From a virus: 64,000 bases of DNA. Positions 7,466 through 15,882 of the stretch are shown here, in pieces (the first letter of the stretch is position 1; every line of letters begins with the position of its first letter). The stretch is taken from the IMG/VR virus record IMGVR_UViG_3300033186_000013, positions 1 through 64,000 of that record, one strand, 5' to 3'. The translations under genes were made by a program, and so were the position numbers. Under the pieces are notes generated by a model. The model did not search any database, was not told where the DNA came from, and saw only the letters and a list, made by a program, of their open reading frames with translations.

Positions 7466-7510
7466 TTACAATGGTTACGGTAATTAATTACAGCGTTTAT
7501 TGTAATTTAG
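7466..7510 (+). promoter_or_regulatory. operator-like nested palindrome plus near-consensus -7 box
   Basis: TTACAAT(7466-7472) and ATTGTAA(7499-7505) flank the perfect 12-bp palindrome GTAATTAATTAC (7480-7491). TAATTTAG (7503-7510) is one mismatch from the Bacteroidota -7 motif TAnnTTTG. The region lies in the 99-bp gap before ORF 7548. Confidence 0.4.
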
Positions 7511-7547
7511 CAACTCGATTTTCAATTTTAATTAAATTATAGACCCA

Positions 7548-7790
7548 ATGTCAGAGAAAACAGAAACGGAACTATCGCTCAAAGAAAGAGTTAAGGTTTG
7601 CCGAGACAAACTGAAAGAACTCGGCGTGCGTAATGCTCGGTACTACTTTGCGAAGAAGTATCCTGAATACGCAAAGGATGACAAAGCCAAAACGAGGCTT
7701 GACAATTTGTTCTTCTGCAAGATTTCAGATGAACAATTCACGAAGGATTTAGAGGCTTTCACCTCTTATAAAGAAGTAGAATTTAAGTAA
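7548..7790 (+). CDS. hypothetical protein
   Basis: 80-aa ORF, first gene after the gap. No motif recognised. Confidence 0.6.
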   Translation: MSEKTETELSLKERVKVCRDKLKELGVRNARYYFAKKYPEYAKDDKAKTRLDNLFFCKISDEQFTKDLEAFTSYKEVEFK

Positions 7791-7796
7791 ACTATT

Positions 7797-8606
7797 ATGG
7801 CTCAAAAGAAAGACATATTAAAGGAACTATCCGCCCCGCTCGACATATCAGATGTTGATTTTAGAATACAATCCATCAGCGAAAAAGGGTACGCTACAAT
7901 ACTCGCGTATAAAGATGCGCGTGTTGATATGAATAGGCTTGATGAAGTCTGTGGAGTTCATTGGCAAGACAAGTACGAACTCATCGACGGTCAACTTTTT
8001 TGCTCTATCGGAATAAAGGAAGGCGACGAATGGATTTGGAGAATGGACGTTGGTACAGAAAGCCAAACTGAAAAAGAAAAAGGTCGTGCCTCTGACGCGT
8101 TTAAGCGTGCGGGTTTCCGTTGGGGAATCGGCAGAGAGTTGTATGATTACCCGCGTATATTTCTGCAACTAAAAGGCACTAATGATATTTCAGGAAATGA
8201 AAAGCCTGAATTTACAGTAAAAGAGGTTCAAACCCAACGAGGTAAAAAGAAAATCGGCACTTCGGGTTGGGGTCTTAGACTTGATAAGTGGGAATGGACT
8301 GTGGCTTTTGGTGATGATGGTAAGGTGATGAGGCTTATAGGTAAAGACCAACACGGCGCAGTTAGGTTTGATTCAGATAAAGAATTCAATGGACTTCCTA
8401 AAGGAAACCAACAGCCCGCGACACCGCCCGCAAACCCACCTCAACCTGCGCAGAAAAAGAAGCCTAAACTAACTAAGGCTAAATACGAAAAAGCAATGCA
8501 GTCAACAGATGTTGAGGCGTTGACAAAAGCGTTGACTGCTTTTGAATTAACCCAAGACCAATTAGGAAACCTAACATTGAGAATTGAGGAACTAAAACAA
8601 GGGTAA
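7797..8606 (+). CDS. Rad52/Sak-type single-strand annealing protein
   Basis: KGRASDAFKRAGFRWGIGRELYDYP matches the Rad52/Rad22 family core (K-G-x-x-S-D-A-x-K-R then G-I-G-R-x-L-Y). The C-terminal tail is P/Q-rich. Confidence 0.75.
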   Translation: MAQKKDILKELSAPLDISDVDFRIQSISEKGYATILAYKDARVDMNRLDEVCGVHWQDKYELIDGQLFCSIGIKEGDEWIWRMDVGTESQTEKEKGRASDAFKRAGFRWGIGRELYDYPRIFLQLKGTNDISGNEKPEFTVKEVQTQRGKKKIGTSGWGLRLDKWEWTVAFGDDGKVMRLIGKDQHGAVRFDSDKEFNGLPKGNQQPATPPANPPQPAQKKKPKLTKAKYEKAMQSTDVEALTKALTAFELTQDQLGNLTLRIEELKQG

Positions 8607-8765
8607 ATGAAACGATTAAAGTTTGAACTTAGAATGCTGTTTGCAGTTTGGATAATGCAACTTCTTATGTGGATGCTTCCGCGTTCGACATTCAAGAACA
8701 ACTATACTTATTTTTTAATAGCGAATGTAAACAATCTTGATTATGATAAATCTGACGACGTGTAA
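8607..8765 (+). CDS. small hydrophobic protein (52 aa, not in ORF track)
   Basis: Translation starts MKRLKFELRMLFAVWIMQLLMWMLPRSTF. The ORF begins 1 nt after the upstream stop. Confidence 0.3.
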   Translation: MKRLKFELRMLFAVWIMQLLMWMLPRSTFKNNYTYFLIANVNNLDYDKSDDV

Positions 8766-9108
8766 AAAGATGTGCAACGAGTGTCCTTTTCATAAGGATT
8801 CTCCTGCGGGTTGGCTTGGCGACCACTCCATAGGGGAAATTACCAATGCAATTCAATTTGAGCAACTATTCTCGTGCCATAAACAAAGAGGCGAAAGCCC
8901 TGCTTTGAATCAAAAGCAACTGGAAAGCGGTGAGCAGAATGTATGCAGAGGTTTCTTGCTATCAGCAACAAAATCTTGTAAAATGTTCGGGCAAAATCCT
9001 CAAACGGGAAAAGAACTACGGAAACTTCAAAGCAATTTGGAGATAACCGACGACGAGAGAGAAAACGTATTGTCTAAATGGGACTTTGCTAAACACCACG
9101 ATATATGA
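8743..9108 (+). CDS. Cys-rich putative zinc-binding protein (paralogue of 3685..4026)
   Basis: Carries CNECPFHK, SCH and VCRGFL. Track start 8737 is a TTG. ATG 8743 or ATG 8770 are more likely starts. Confidence 0.5.
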   Translation: MINLTTCKKMCNECPFHKDSPAGWLGDHSIGEITNAIQFEQLFSCHKQRGESPALNQKQLESGEQNVCRGFLLSATKSCKMFGQNPQTGKELRKLQSNLEITDDERENVLSKWDFAKHHDI

Positions 9109-9428
9109 AAGCAACAGTTGATTTAAGTGGTGGTCGTGTAGCCATTATAGAGTATTGGGAAAAGTACCCTCGTAAAAAAATAGATGAGGACTACAAGGGT
9201 TTTAACGATTCATTCAACAGCCGTCAGGCTGCTGAAAAGAAGGCAAAAGAAATCATAGTAAAGGGCGGTCATCGTATTTCAAGTGTTGAAATATACAGCC
9301 AAAAATACAAGAAGGCATCCTTAAAACTTAATTCATCAGACATCCACAATCTATTTAACAAGGTTGAGGAATTGAAGAATCAAGAATGCGAAACAACACT
9401 ATACGATTTTTGGTGCGACTATGATTGA
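9105..9428 (+). CDS. hypothetical protein
   Basis: ATGA-coupled. No motif recognised. Confidence 0.6.
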   Translation: MKATVDLSGGRVAIIEYWEKYPRKKIDEDYKGFNDSFNSRQAAEKKAKEIIVKGGHRISSVEIYSQKYKKASLKLNSSDIHNLFNKVEELKNQECETTLYDFWCDYD

Positions 9429-9852
9429 GTTAACTCCATATCAAAAGGACGTGTATGCTGCTAAGATTTGCCCTTATTGTAAGGGTAAAACTAAATTAGT
9501 TGATAGTTCATTCATCTATGGCAGCAATGCTTACACCGATAGAAAGATTATTTGCTGCGGGAACTACCCGTACTGCAATTCTTATGTCGGAACACACGCA
9601 AAAGATGACACGGCTCTTGGTAGGTTAGCCAATAAAGAACTCCGCATTGCCCGCAAGAAAGCGCATAAACATTTTGACCCTATATGGAAGGAGCGTTATG
9701 TGTCCCGAACAGATTTGTATGATGATTTGAGCGACTTCTTAGGGATTCCACGAGAGTACACTCATATAGGTTGGTTTGGAGTAAAGACGTGTTATAAAGT
9801 GGCGAAATGGGCGGAGAATTATTATAAGGAATTTGTTAATGAAGCGAGTTAA
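9421..9852 (+). CDS. zinc-ribbon protein (DUF3268-like)
   Basis: Contains CPYCKGK, CCGNYPYC and RLANKELRIARKKAHKHFDPIW. This fits the pattern recalled for DUF3268 zinc-finger phage proteins. Confidence 0.45.
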   Translation: MIELTPYQKDVYAAKICPYCKGKTKLVDSSFIYGSNAYTDRKIICCGNYPYCNSYVGTHAKDDTALGRLANKELRIARKKAHKHFDPIWKERYVSRTDLYDDLSDFLGIPREYTHIGWFGVKTCYKVAKWAENYYKEFVNEAS

Positions 9853-10090
9853 GTTAAAGGTATTAGAGAAATTTTTTGAAGAAACAGAATTATCAGATGA
9901 ACCAATTAGATTCGACCAATGTAGTGTTATCACAGACCAAAAAAAGTTTGTTGATTCCCACCTCTCAATCCTTCGAGCAAATTCAGGAAACAAAAGTGCA
10001 ATGCCTTACTACGATAGGCTATTGAAATATTATTATTTAATTAAAAATCAAAACGATTATGGCAACAGAGCAAAAAGAACAGGTAATTAA
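9833..10090 (+). CDS. hypothetical protein
   Basis: 85-aa ORF that overlaps both neighbours by ~20-30 nt. Confidence 0.45.
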   Translation: MLMKRVKLKVLEKFFEETELSDEPIRFDQCSVITDQKKFVDSHLSILRANSGNKSAMPYYDRLLKYYYLIKNQNDYGNRAKRTGN

Positions 10091-10862
10091 GGGCGAGTAC
10101 AAAACGGAAAGCACCAAGAAAGCGAGAGAAAATGCAAAGATAGATTCGGCGCAGGTATTAAAGATACCTCTCTCCAAAGTAGCAATCCTCGAAAACTTTA
10201 ATGTCCGTCAGGACTATGGGGATTTAGATGAGTTGGCTAACTCACTATTGAATAACGGGCAACTTATCCCTGCGATAGTTGACTACTCCGAAGGAAAGTA
10301 TATCCTTGTTGAAGGACACAGGCGTTACAAAGCGTTCCTAAAAATTTGGAACGACACAGGCAATGAGCCGTATCTACGCGCCACAGTAAACGGAACGCGT
10401 ACATCTATGGAAGATAGAATCTTTCAGATGTTCATATCACAGGACAATAAGAAGTTAGAGCCGTATGAGATTTCGGATTTGTTTCAGCGTCTTGAAAACT
10501 TAGGTTACACCGCAGGCGACATCGCCACCAAAACAGGCAAGTCAGCCTCATACGTTTACAAAGCACTTGCCTTTCAGAAACTACCACAGAAACTAAAGAA
10601 CGACGTAAAGAAGGGGACTATCTCTTTGAGTACGGCTTTAGAATCTGTACAGGATGTTGGACTGGAAGAAACTATGGAGAAGATTGACAGCCTGAAAAAA
10701 TCAGGTGTCAAGAAAATAAGTAAGGGCGCAATAAAGCGTAAGCCTATGGACGAAGCCTTGAACCGATTGAGAGTTGAGTTCTCGGCATTGGAAAATCCTG
10801 TTACTGGCGCAGAGGCTTTGGAAATCATAGAGATAATCTTCGAGGAAGAAAAGAACCGATAG
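10059..10862 (+). CDS. ParB N-terminal domain (ParB/Srx) DNA-binding protein
   Basis: The N-terminal block NFNVRQDYGDLDELANSLLNNGQLIPAIV is followed by LVEGHRRYKAF (ParB box, GxRR). Downstream lies the HTH-like segment GYTAGDIATKTGKSASYVYKAL. Confidence 0.7.
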   Translation: MATEQKEQVIKGEYKTESTKKARENAKIDSAQVLKIPLSKVAILENFNVRQDYGDLDELANSLLNNGQLIPAIVDYSEGKYILVEGHRRYKAFLKIWNDTGNEPYLRATVNGTRTSMEDRIFQMFISQDNKKLEPYEISDLFQRLENLGYTAGDIATKTGKSASYVYKALAFQKLPQKLKNDVKKGTISLSTALESVQDVGLEETMEKIDSLKKSGVKKISKGAIKRKPMDEALNRLRVEFSALENPVTGAEALEIIEIIFEEEKNR

Positions 10863-10915
10863 ACTATGGCTTCCAATAAAGAACTTCACTACCGCGCAGG
10901 GGTAGAATTTGAAAA

Positions 10916-10945
10916 CCACCTGAATAACCTCGACGTTTCAGGTGG
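10916..10945 (+). terminator. hairpin downstream of the ParB-like gene (possible terminator)
   Basis: Perfect 9-bp stem CCACCTGAA(10916-10924)/TTCAGGTGG(10937-10945) with a 12-nt loop, followed by AATTTATTT. The T-tract is weak. Confidence 0.35.
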
Positions 10946-10971
10946 AATTTATTTAGAAATTCAAAAACGAA

Positions 10972-11268
10972 ATGGCAAAACAAGGAAGGGGTCAGTTAAC
11001 CCAAAGAATAAAGGATAAGTCGAAAGAATTGTTAGGTTATGAGATAACCCAAACAGAATTGAGGCTAATGCCATACGTGCAATATGCTATGGTAAATCAA
11101 CAAAAGATTGACCCAAGCAGAATCAATAATGATGAGCGCAAAGTTCTATCAAAATGGCGAGAGGAAGGACATATAGAAGGGGGTGCTTCGGGACTTGGTT
11201 TAACCAAAGAGTTTTGGAATATTTTACACGAGATAATATTTCTCGGATATGTGGATTTAAACGATTAA
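10972..11268 (+). CDS. hypothetical protein
   Basis: 98-aa ORF. No motif recognised. Confidence 0.55.
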   Translation: MAKQGRGQLTQRIKDKSKELLGYEITQTELRLMPYVQYAMVNQQKIDPSRINNDERKVLSKWREEGHIEGGASGLGLTKEFWNILHEIIFLGYVDLND

Positions 11269-11281
11269 TCAATTATAATTT

Positions 11282-12343
11282 ATGAAAACAAAAATAGTAG
11301 GTACACAATTTGCAAAGGCGAGAGCAGAAGGAATAAACGAAGGCTCTGAAATACTAATCGTCCACGACACGGACAACCAATATGATGACAAAGCATTAGC
11401 CGTTTTGTTTAACGAAGAACGTATTGGATATGTCGGTAAGGGAACAGATGTTTATGACCTTCCAAGAGAATCGTTCCCAAAGAGCGGTAAGGTATTAGAC
11501 TTTTATATTCGTGCCGAAGATGATGACACTTATAACAAACACGAAGTAGGTACTTTAGTGTCTTGCAATATTGAGATTCCAGTAAAAGTAGAATCGCAAC
11601 AGCCAGTCCTTAGAGACAAGGACAATGTTAAATCATTTAATGAAGAAGGTGTTATCATCAACTTCAATGAAGCAACCCACACCTACACATACAAAGGTCA
11701 GGTTCTTAAAGGTGCTACAACGTACATAAAAAGATATATCAAACCATTCGATGATGCTATGGTCGGAAGGTGTGCTACATCTTGGAACTTAGACAGCCAA
11801 TTAATCAGAAATGCTTGGGAGTTGGGTAAGGATTTAGCAGCATCTTTTGGCACAGGAGTACATAAGGCTTTAGAGTTTGAGGACTTGTATCGCCACTACT
11901 ACAAAAAGAATGGTACACGATGCTTCACAATTAAGCACCCTGTAATCAGAAGAATCGTAGAAGAATTCTTTGAACTGGAACAAAGATTAGGATTTGAAGG
12001 GCAGGTAATCCCCGAAGCGTTGGTATCTGATGTTGAGAATGGCGTATGTGGTCTTGCCGATAGAATTTTAGTTACGGATTGGGACAAAAAGACTTGCCGT
12101 ATTCAGGACTATAAAGTGAATCATTCATTTGATGTCAAAGGTAAAGTTACCTTTGAGAACCTTCCTAAAGGAATCGTCTTGGACACAACCAAGTTATCTA
12201 AACTATCTCTGCAACTAAAGTTCCACGCAACTATGTTAGAGAAACAAGGTTGGACTGTGGAAGGTTTTGATGGCTTCGTTTACAACGACAAGTGGGAATA
12301 CTACGAGCCAAATATGCTTGACGGATTTGATATAATGGGATAG
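11282..12343 (+). CDS. HIRAN domain fused to a PD-(D/E)XK (lambda-Exo/YqaJ/Cas4-like) nuclease
   Basis: The N-terminus IVGTQF, EGSEILIVHDTDNQYDDKALAVLFNEERIGYV fits the HIRAN consensus. The C-terminal part has GLADRILV, RIQDYKVN (D then D-x-K) and LQLKFHATML. Confidence 0.65.
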   Translation: MKTKIVGTQFAKARAEGINEGSEILIVHDTDNQYDDKALAVLFNEERIGYVGKGTDVYDLPRESFPKSGKVLDFYIRAEDDDTYNKHEVGTLVSCNIEIPVKVESQQPVLRDKDNVKSFNEEGVIINFNEATHTYTYKGQVLKGATTYIKRYIKPFDDAMVGRCATSWNLDSQLIRNAWELGKDLAASFGTGVHKALEFEDLYRHYYKKNGTRCFTIKHPVIRRIVEEFFELEQRLGFEGQVIPEALVSDVENGVCGLADRILVTDWDKKTCRIQDYKVNHSFDVKGKVTFENLPKGIVLDTTKLSKLSLQLKFHATMLEKQGWTVEGFDGFVYNDKWEYYEPNMLDGFDIMG

Positions 12344-12346
12344 TAT

Positions 12347-12655
12347 ATGGTTCACTTTGCAGAAATATTGAGGTTTATAGAGCGTGTCCGAACATCATTC
12401 GATGGTGCGTCAGAAGTATATACCTGTGGTAGTTGTATAAAGTTCGCTATGATTTTAAAAGAAGTATATCCACAAGGAAAAATATTATACAATAGCGACC
12501 ACGCCATATTCGAGTATGACGGGCAGTTCTATGACATCAATGGATTTGCAGAGAAAAAAAACCATCAGCCAATAGAATCTTATGGGGTATTAAAAGTATA
12601 TGACTTAATGAATTTAAAATATAGCATTTATGAAAATCAAAAAAATAACAGTTAA
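12347..12655 (+). CDS. hypothetical protein
   Basis: 102-aa ORF. No motif recognised. Confidence 0.55.
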   Translation: MVHFAEILRFIERVRTSFDGASEVYTCGSCIKFAMILKEVYPQGKILYNSDHAIFEYDGQFYDINGFAEKKNHQPIESYGVLKVYDLMNLKYSIYENQKNNS

Positions 12656-13937
12656 AAATTTCAAGGCTTTGTCTGACCAAGACATAGACCTTAATGGCGC
12701 ATCCGCTATCATAACTGCGGGAAACAACAAAGGAAAAACAAGTCTATTGCGCGGGCTAATAGATAGATTTCAAGGTGAGAAGCCTGATATAATCGTGAAG
12801 CAAGACGAGGCTAAAGGTTTTAATCGTATGGAACTTACCGACGGCTCTATAATTGAGTGGAAGTTCACCGAGAAAAACGAAACGTTCTCGTTTACTACAA
12901 AGGAAGGAATCAAGCAAACCACAGGTGTAATTTCTACGATTGGGAAAAGATACTTTGGAGCAAAGTTCGACATTGATAAGTTCCTTACAAAGAGCCGAAC
13001 CCAACAGACTAAAGATGTTCAGGCTTTGTTGGGAATAAACCTTGACGAACTGGATGCTAAATACAAAGAGAAGTATGATGAACGCACGTTGGCTAATAGG
13101 GAGTTGAAGAACATCGCTGCTCAAAAGAAAGAAGAACCCGTTAAGCCCGAAGGTATTGTCGATATTAAGTCTATCAAAGACCAAATCGAAGATGCCAAAA
13201 AGAAGAATACTGCTCTTAAATCTGATTGGGAGAAAAAGAACTTGGCGCACCAACAGGAAATAAGTAAGCACAACGAAGCCGAAAACAAGATAGGCAGAAT
13301 CAAAAAAGAATTTGAGCAGTTTCGGGACGACATCAGAGAGCGTTACTACAAACAGGGGTATGATGAATACATTGACTTCTCCAAAATAGACAAGGACTAT
13401 AAGGAACTTCCTGATATGGGTGAGTTGAAACCATTAACTCAACTAAAAGAACCAAAGTACAATGACCTTGAAGGGCTTGAAAAGCAACTGGAAAAAGCCT
13501 ACGAATCCAAATCGCTTATGGATTCATACGAAACCAACCTCACCGTTTATAATGAATGGGTTGATAGCGGGAAGAAAGCCCGAAAGAAAGTCAATGACCT
13601 TAACGCCGAACTGGAAAAGATACAGGCAGAGCGTCTTGAAAAAATAAAGAAGGCTAAACTTCCAAAGGAGTTTGAAATGACAGACGATGGCTTACTGTAC
13701 AATGGTCTGCCATTAGACAACAATCAGATTTCCAGTTCCGCTAAATATATCTGCGCCCTTAAACTTGGCTCTATGGTTCTTGGTGATTTAAGAACTATGC
13801 ACTTTGACGCATCATATTTAGACAAGAACTCTCTTAATGAGATTCAGGAATGGGCGGATAAGAACAACCTTCAACTTCTAATAGAGCGTCCTGATTTTGA
13901 GGCAGGAGAAATTCAATACCAAATAACAAAGGGGTAG
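12630..13937 (+). CDS. SMC/Rad50/SbcC-like coiled-coil ATPase
   Basis: The N-terminal MKIKKITVKNFKAL is followed by the Walker A GNNKGKTS. The middle is long and K/E-rich (coiled coil). The C-terminus has NNLQLLIERPD, a Walker B-like motif. Confidence 0.65.
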   Translation: MKIKKITVKNFKALSDQDIDLNGASAIITAGNNKGKTSLLRGLIDRFQGEKPDIIVKQDEAKGFNRMELTDGSIIEWKFTEKNETFSFTTKEGIKQTTGVISTIGKRYFGAKFDIDKFLTKSRTQQTKDVQALLGINLDELDAKYKEKYDERTLANRELKNIAAQKKEEPVKPEGIVDIKSIKDQIEDAKKKNTALKSDWEKKNLAHQQEISKHNEAENKIGRIKKEFEQFRDDIRERYYKQGYDEYIDFSKIDKDYKELPDMGELKPLTQLKEPKYNDLEGLEKQLEKAYESKSLMDSYETNLTVYNEWVDSGKKARKKVNDLNAELEKIQAERLEKIKKAKLPKEFEMTDDGLLYNGLPLDNNQISSSAKYICALKLGSMVLGDLRTMHFDASYLDKNSLNEIQEWADKNNLQLLIERPDFEAGEIQYQITKG

Positions 13938-13938
13938 T

Positions 13939-14391
13939 ATGAAGGTTGCCTCTAAAATAACGATTCCCGTTCTTATAAAGGGCGGGAAATTCGCCTCTAA
14001 TTTTAATAAGGTTGGAGAGATACTTGCTGCATTTGAAGGGTTCACAATAGATGTAACATTTGCAAAGAGAAGGAATAAGCGTAGTAATCGGCAGAACAAT
14101 TATTATTGGGGTGTTGTTGTCCCAATATTTCAGAACTGCATACGTGATGAATGGGGTGAGATTTGGAATAAGGATGACGTTCACAATAAGTTGCTGAAAA
14201 CTAACTGCAATTTCGACGAGATTGTTAACGAAGAAACAGGCGAGATTCTTCGCAAGATAAAAAGCACTACCGAAAATGACACTAAAGACCAAGAGGATTT
14301 TCACGCAAGATGTCGCCAGTTGTGTAAAGATTTTTTCAACACAGAAATACCATTGCCTGACCCTGATGGCGATATGAATATAGAATATTAA
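13939..14391 (+). CDS. NinB-like recombination protein
   Basis: KRSNRQNNYYWGVVV resembles the lambda NinB block RSLDQNxxLW. The C-terminal TEIPLPDP tail and the position in the recombination module are consistent. The comparison is from memory. Confidence 0.4.
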   Translation: MKVASKITIPVLIKGGKFASNFNKVGEILAAFEGFTIDVTFAKRRNKRSNRQNNYYWGVVVPIFQNCIRDEWGEIWNKDDVHNKLLKTNCNFDEIVNEETGEILRKIKSTTENDTKDQEDFHARCRQLCKDFFNTEIPLPDPDGDMNIEY

Positions 14392-14393
14392 TT

Positions 14394-14831
14394 ATGACCG
14401 AGAATGATACGGACTTATTGGTAATAGAAAAAGACCCTGTGGTTGTTATGATATTTAACTTGGTTAAAAAGCACACAGGGCTTTCGGTAGATGACTTAAA
14501 AACCATCAGCAGGAAAAGACATATTGTTGTTGCCCGTCAGTTGAATATGTACTTTATATGCAAGCATACAAGATACACGCTGCAAGCAGTAGCAGATATT
14601 TTTAAACGCGACCACGCTACGGTTTTACACGCGAAGAAAACTATTAGCGACTTGATTGATACCGACAGAAAGATACGCTCATTAAATGAGGCTATCGAAG
14701 ATGAAATCAGTCAGCACAAAAGCAGGTTTAAGAAAACAAAATACTCCGTGTTCCAAGACCTTTTAGTTGAGGCGGGAGTTGATGATATTGAACGTAAGGA
14801 TTGGATAGATAAGTACCTAAGTGCGGAGTAA
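14394..14831 (+). CDS. DnaA domain IV-like DNA-binding protein
   Basis: SRKRHIVVARQLNMYFICKHTRYTLQAVADIFKRDHATVLHAKKTI follows the DnaA C-terminal HTH signature (R-x-x-x-x-x-A-R-Q-x-A-M-Y then R-D-H-T-T-V-x-H-A). Confidence 0.7.
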   Translation: MTENDTDLLVIEKDPVVVMIFNLVKKHTGLSVDDLKTISRKRHIVVARQLNMYFICKHTRYTLQAVADIFKRDHATVLHAKKTISDLIDTDRKIRSLNEAIEDEISQHKSRFKKTKYSVFQDLLVEAGVDDIERKDWIDKYLSAE

Positions 14832-15004
14832 TGTTAGTATGCAGGGCTTTAATGCGAGGCGAGGATACTTACTTCATTTTTCGTAATGACGGAACACAGG
14901 TCGAGGTGATACTAAGTGAAGGGAAAATATATAAAGTTTCAAACTATTTAACTGATGAGGAACATCAGTATTTTAAAGATGGAAAACATAAAGAATTAAC
15001 ATAG
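14831..15004 (+). CDS. small hypothetical protein (57 aa, not in ORF track)
   Basis: TAATG overlap with the upstream stop. Translation starts MLVCRALMRGEDTYFIFRNDGTQVEVILSEGKIYKV. It fills a 178-bp gap. Confidence 0.4.
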   Translation: MLVCRALMRGEDTYFIFRNDGTQVEVILSEGKIYKVSNYLTDEEHQYFKDGKHKELT

Positions 15005-15009
15005 ATACG

Positions 15010-15882
15010 ATGGCAGAAAATAAAAACTCATTCTTACTATACGGTGATTTACTTCACACGATAGAAAAACTGCCCGACGATAAAGCGGGAGCAGTATTCA
15101 AACACTTACTTAGGTATGTGAATGACCTTGACCCTAAAACAGACGACCTAATTGTGAACGTTGTATTTGAGCCTATACGTCAGCAATTAAAAAGAGACTT
15201 AAAGAAATGGGAAGGTTCAAAGGAACAGAAATCACAGGCGGGATTATCAAGTGCTTTTAGTAAAGCGAAAAAGAAATTTGACGAAGCAAAAAAAGAGGAC
15301 ATCCCAAGACTGTTATTAAAATATCAGGAAGCCTCAAAGAAAGACCCTGATAATCAATACTTGTTGAAGTGTATCGAATATCTCAACACGCTTCAACACA
15401 ATTCAACACCGTTGAACACCGCTGAACAGAAGCCAACGAAATCAACTGTAAGTGTTAGTGATACTGTTAGTGTAAATGATAGTGTTATAAATTTAAAATC
15501 TACAAGTCTCTTATCCGAAATTAAAATTTCGGACGTAGCCGAAGATTTGAAATTTTATTTTGATTGGGCTGTTAAGTTTCAACAGTTGTTTATTAAAAAT
15601 CAAAAAGCAAATTTCGGTACAACCCATAACCAAGAAAAGGCAACATTCAAAAATTATGTTACCCACATCAAACGACTATTCGATGTTGATAAGGTTTCTA
15701 AAGAACAAGTACAGAGTGTTTACGATTATCTCGATAGCGACAGGTGCGTTCGTGGGGACTTCTCTTGGAAAACAAACATCCTATCTACCTCTAAATTGAG
15801 AGAGAAATTTGAACGGCTTTCTTCCGAAGCAGGGTCTATTAAAAAGAAGCAACAACCAACAACTTACAAAGGAAACAGATGA
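15010..15882 (+). CDS. putative replication initiator / replisome organiser
   Basis: The N-terminus NSFLLYGDLLHTIEKLPDDKAGAVFKHLLRYV resembles phage replisome-organiser N-terminal domains. The gene is ATGA-coupled to the DnaC-like loader. An iteron array lies in its linker-coding region. Confidence 0.45.
   Translation: MAENKNSFLLYGDLLHTIEKLPDDKAGAVFKHLLRYVNDLDPKTDDLIVNVVFEPIRQQLKRDLKKWEGSKEQKSQAGLSSAFSKAKKKFDEAKKEDIPRLLLKYQEASKKDPDNQYLLKCIEYLNTLQHNSTPLNTAEQKPTKSTVSVSDTVSVNDSVINLKSTSLLSEIKISDVAEDLKFYFDWAVKFQQLFIKNQKANFGTTHNQEKATFKNYVTHIKRLFDVDKVSKEQVQSVYDYLDSDRCVRGDFSWKTNILSTSKLREKFERLSSEAGSIKKKQQPTTYKGNR
15381..15532. repeat. iteron array, AT-rich tract and palindrome: candidate replication origin inside gene 15010..15882
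   Basis: Five 10-bp-phased direct repeats lie at 15381-15430: tCTCAACACg, cTTCAACACa, aTTCAACACc, gTTGAACACc, gCTGAACAGa. Inverted copies (GTGTTA/GTTAGTG) lie at 15451-15490. Next come the AT-rich ATAAATTTAAAAT and the palindrome CCGAAATTaaAATTTCGG (15515-15532). Confidence 0.5.

Noticed and set aside
10866-11018. 50-aa ORF (MASNKELHYRAGVEFENHLNN...) in the gap after the ParB-like gene.
   Set aside because: It overlaps ORF 10972..11268 by 47 nt in another frame. It also contains the 9-bp hairpin that is better explained as a terminator-like element.
12756-13271. Long antisense ORFs inside + strand genes. Examples: 12756..13271, 13834..14304, 16863..17270, 30623..31051, 39672..40103, 41952..42350, 60850..61248, and all other minus-strand track ORFs except 21627..22109 and 32495..32932.
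   Set aside because: They lie wholly within well-supported + strand genes. Their composition is L/S/F/I-rich and low-complexity, typical of shadow frames in AT-rich DNA. They have no motifs and no promoter-like boxes.
13462-13647. Out-of-frame + strand ORFs nested in larger genes: 13462..13647, 15560..15799, 24368..24574, 26646..26828, 27536..27727, 34481..34729, 51627..51935, 58619..58891.
   Set aside because: Each is embedded in a longer ORF with recognisable motifs or module context. None has a domain signature or a coupled start.
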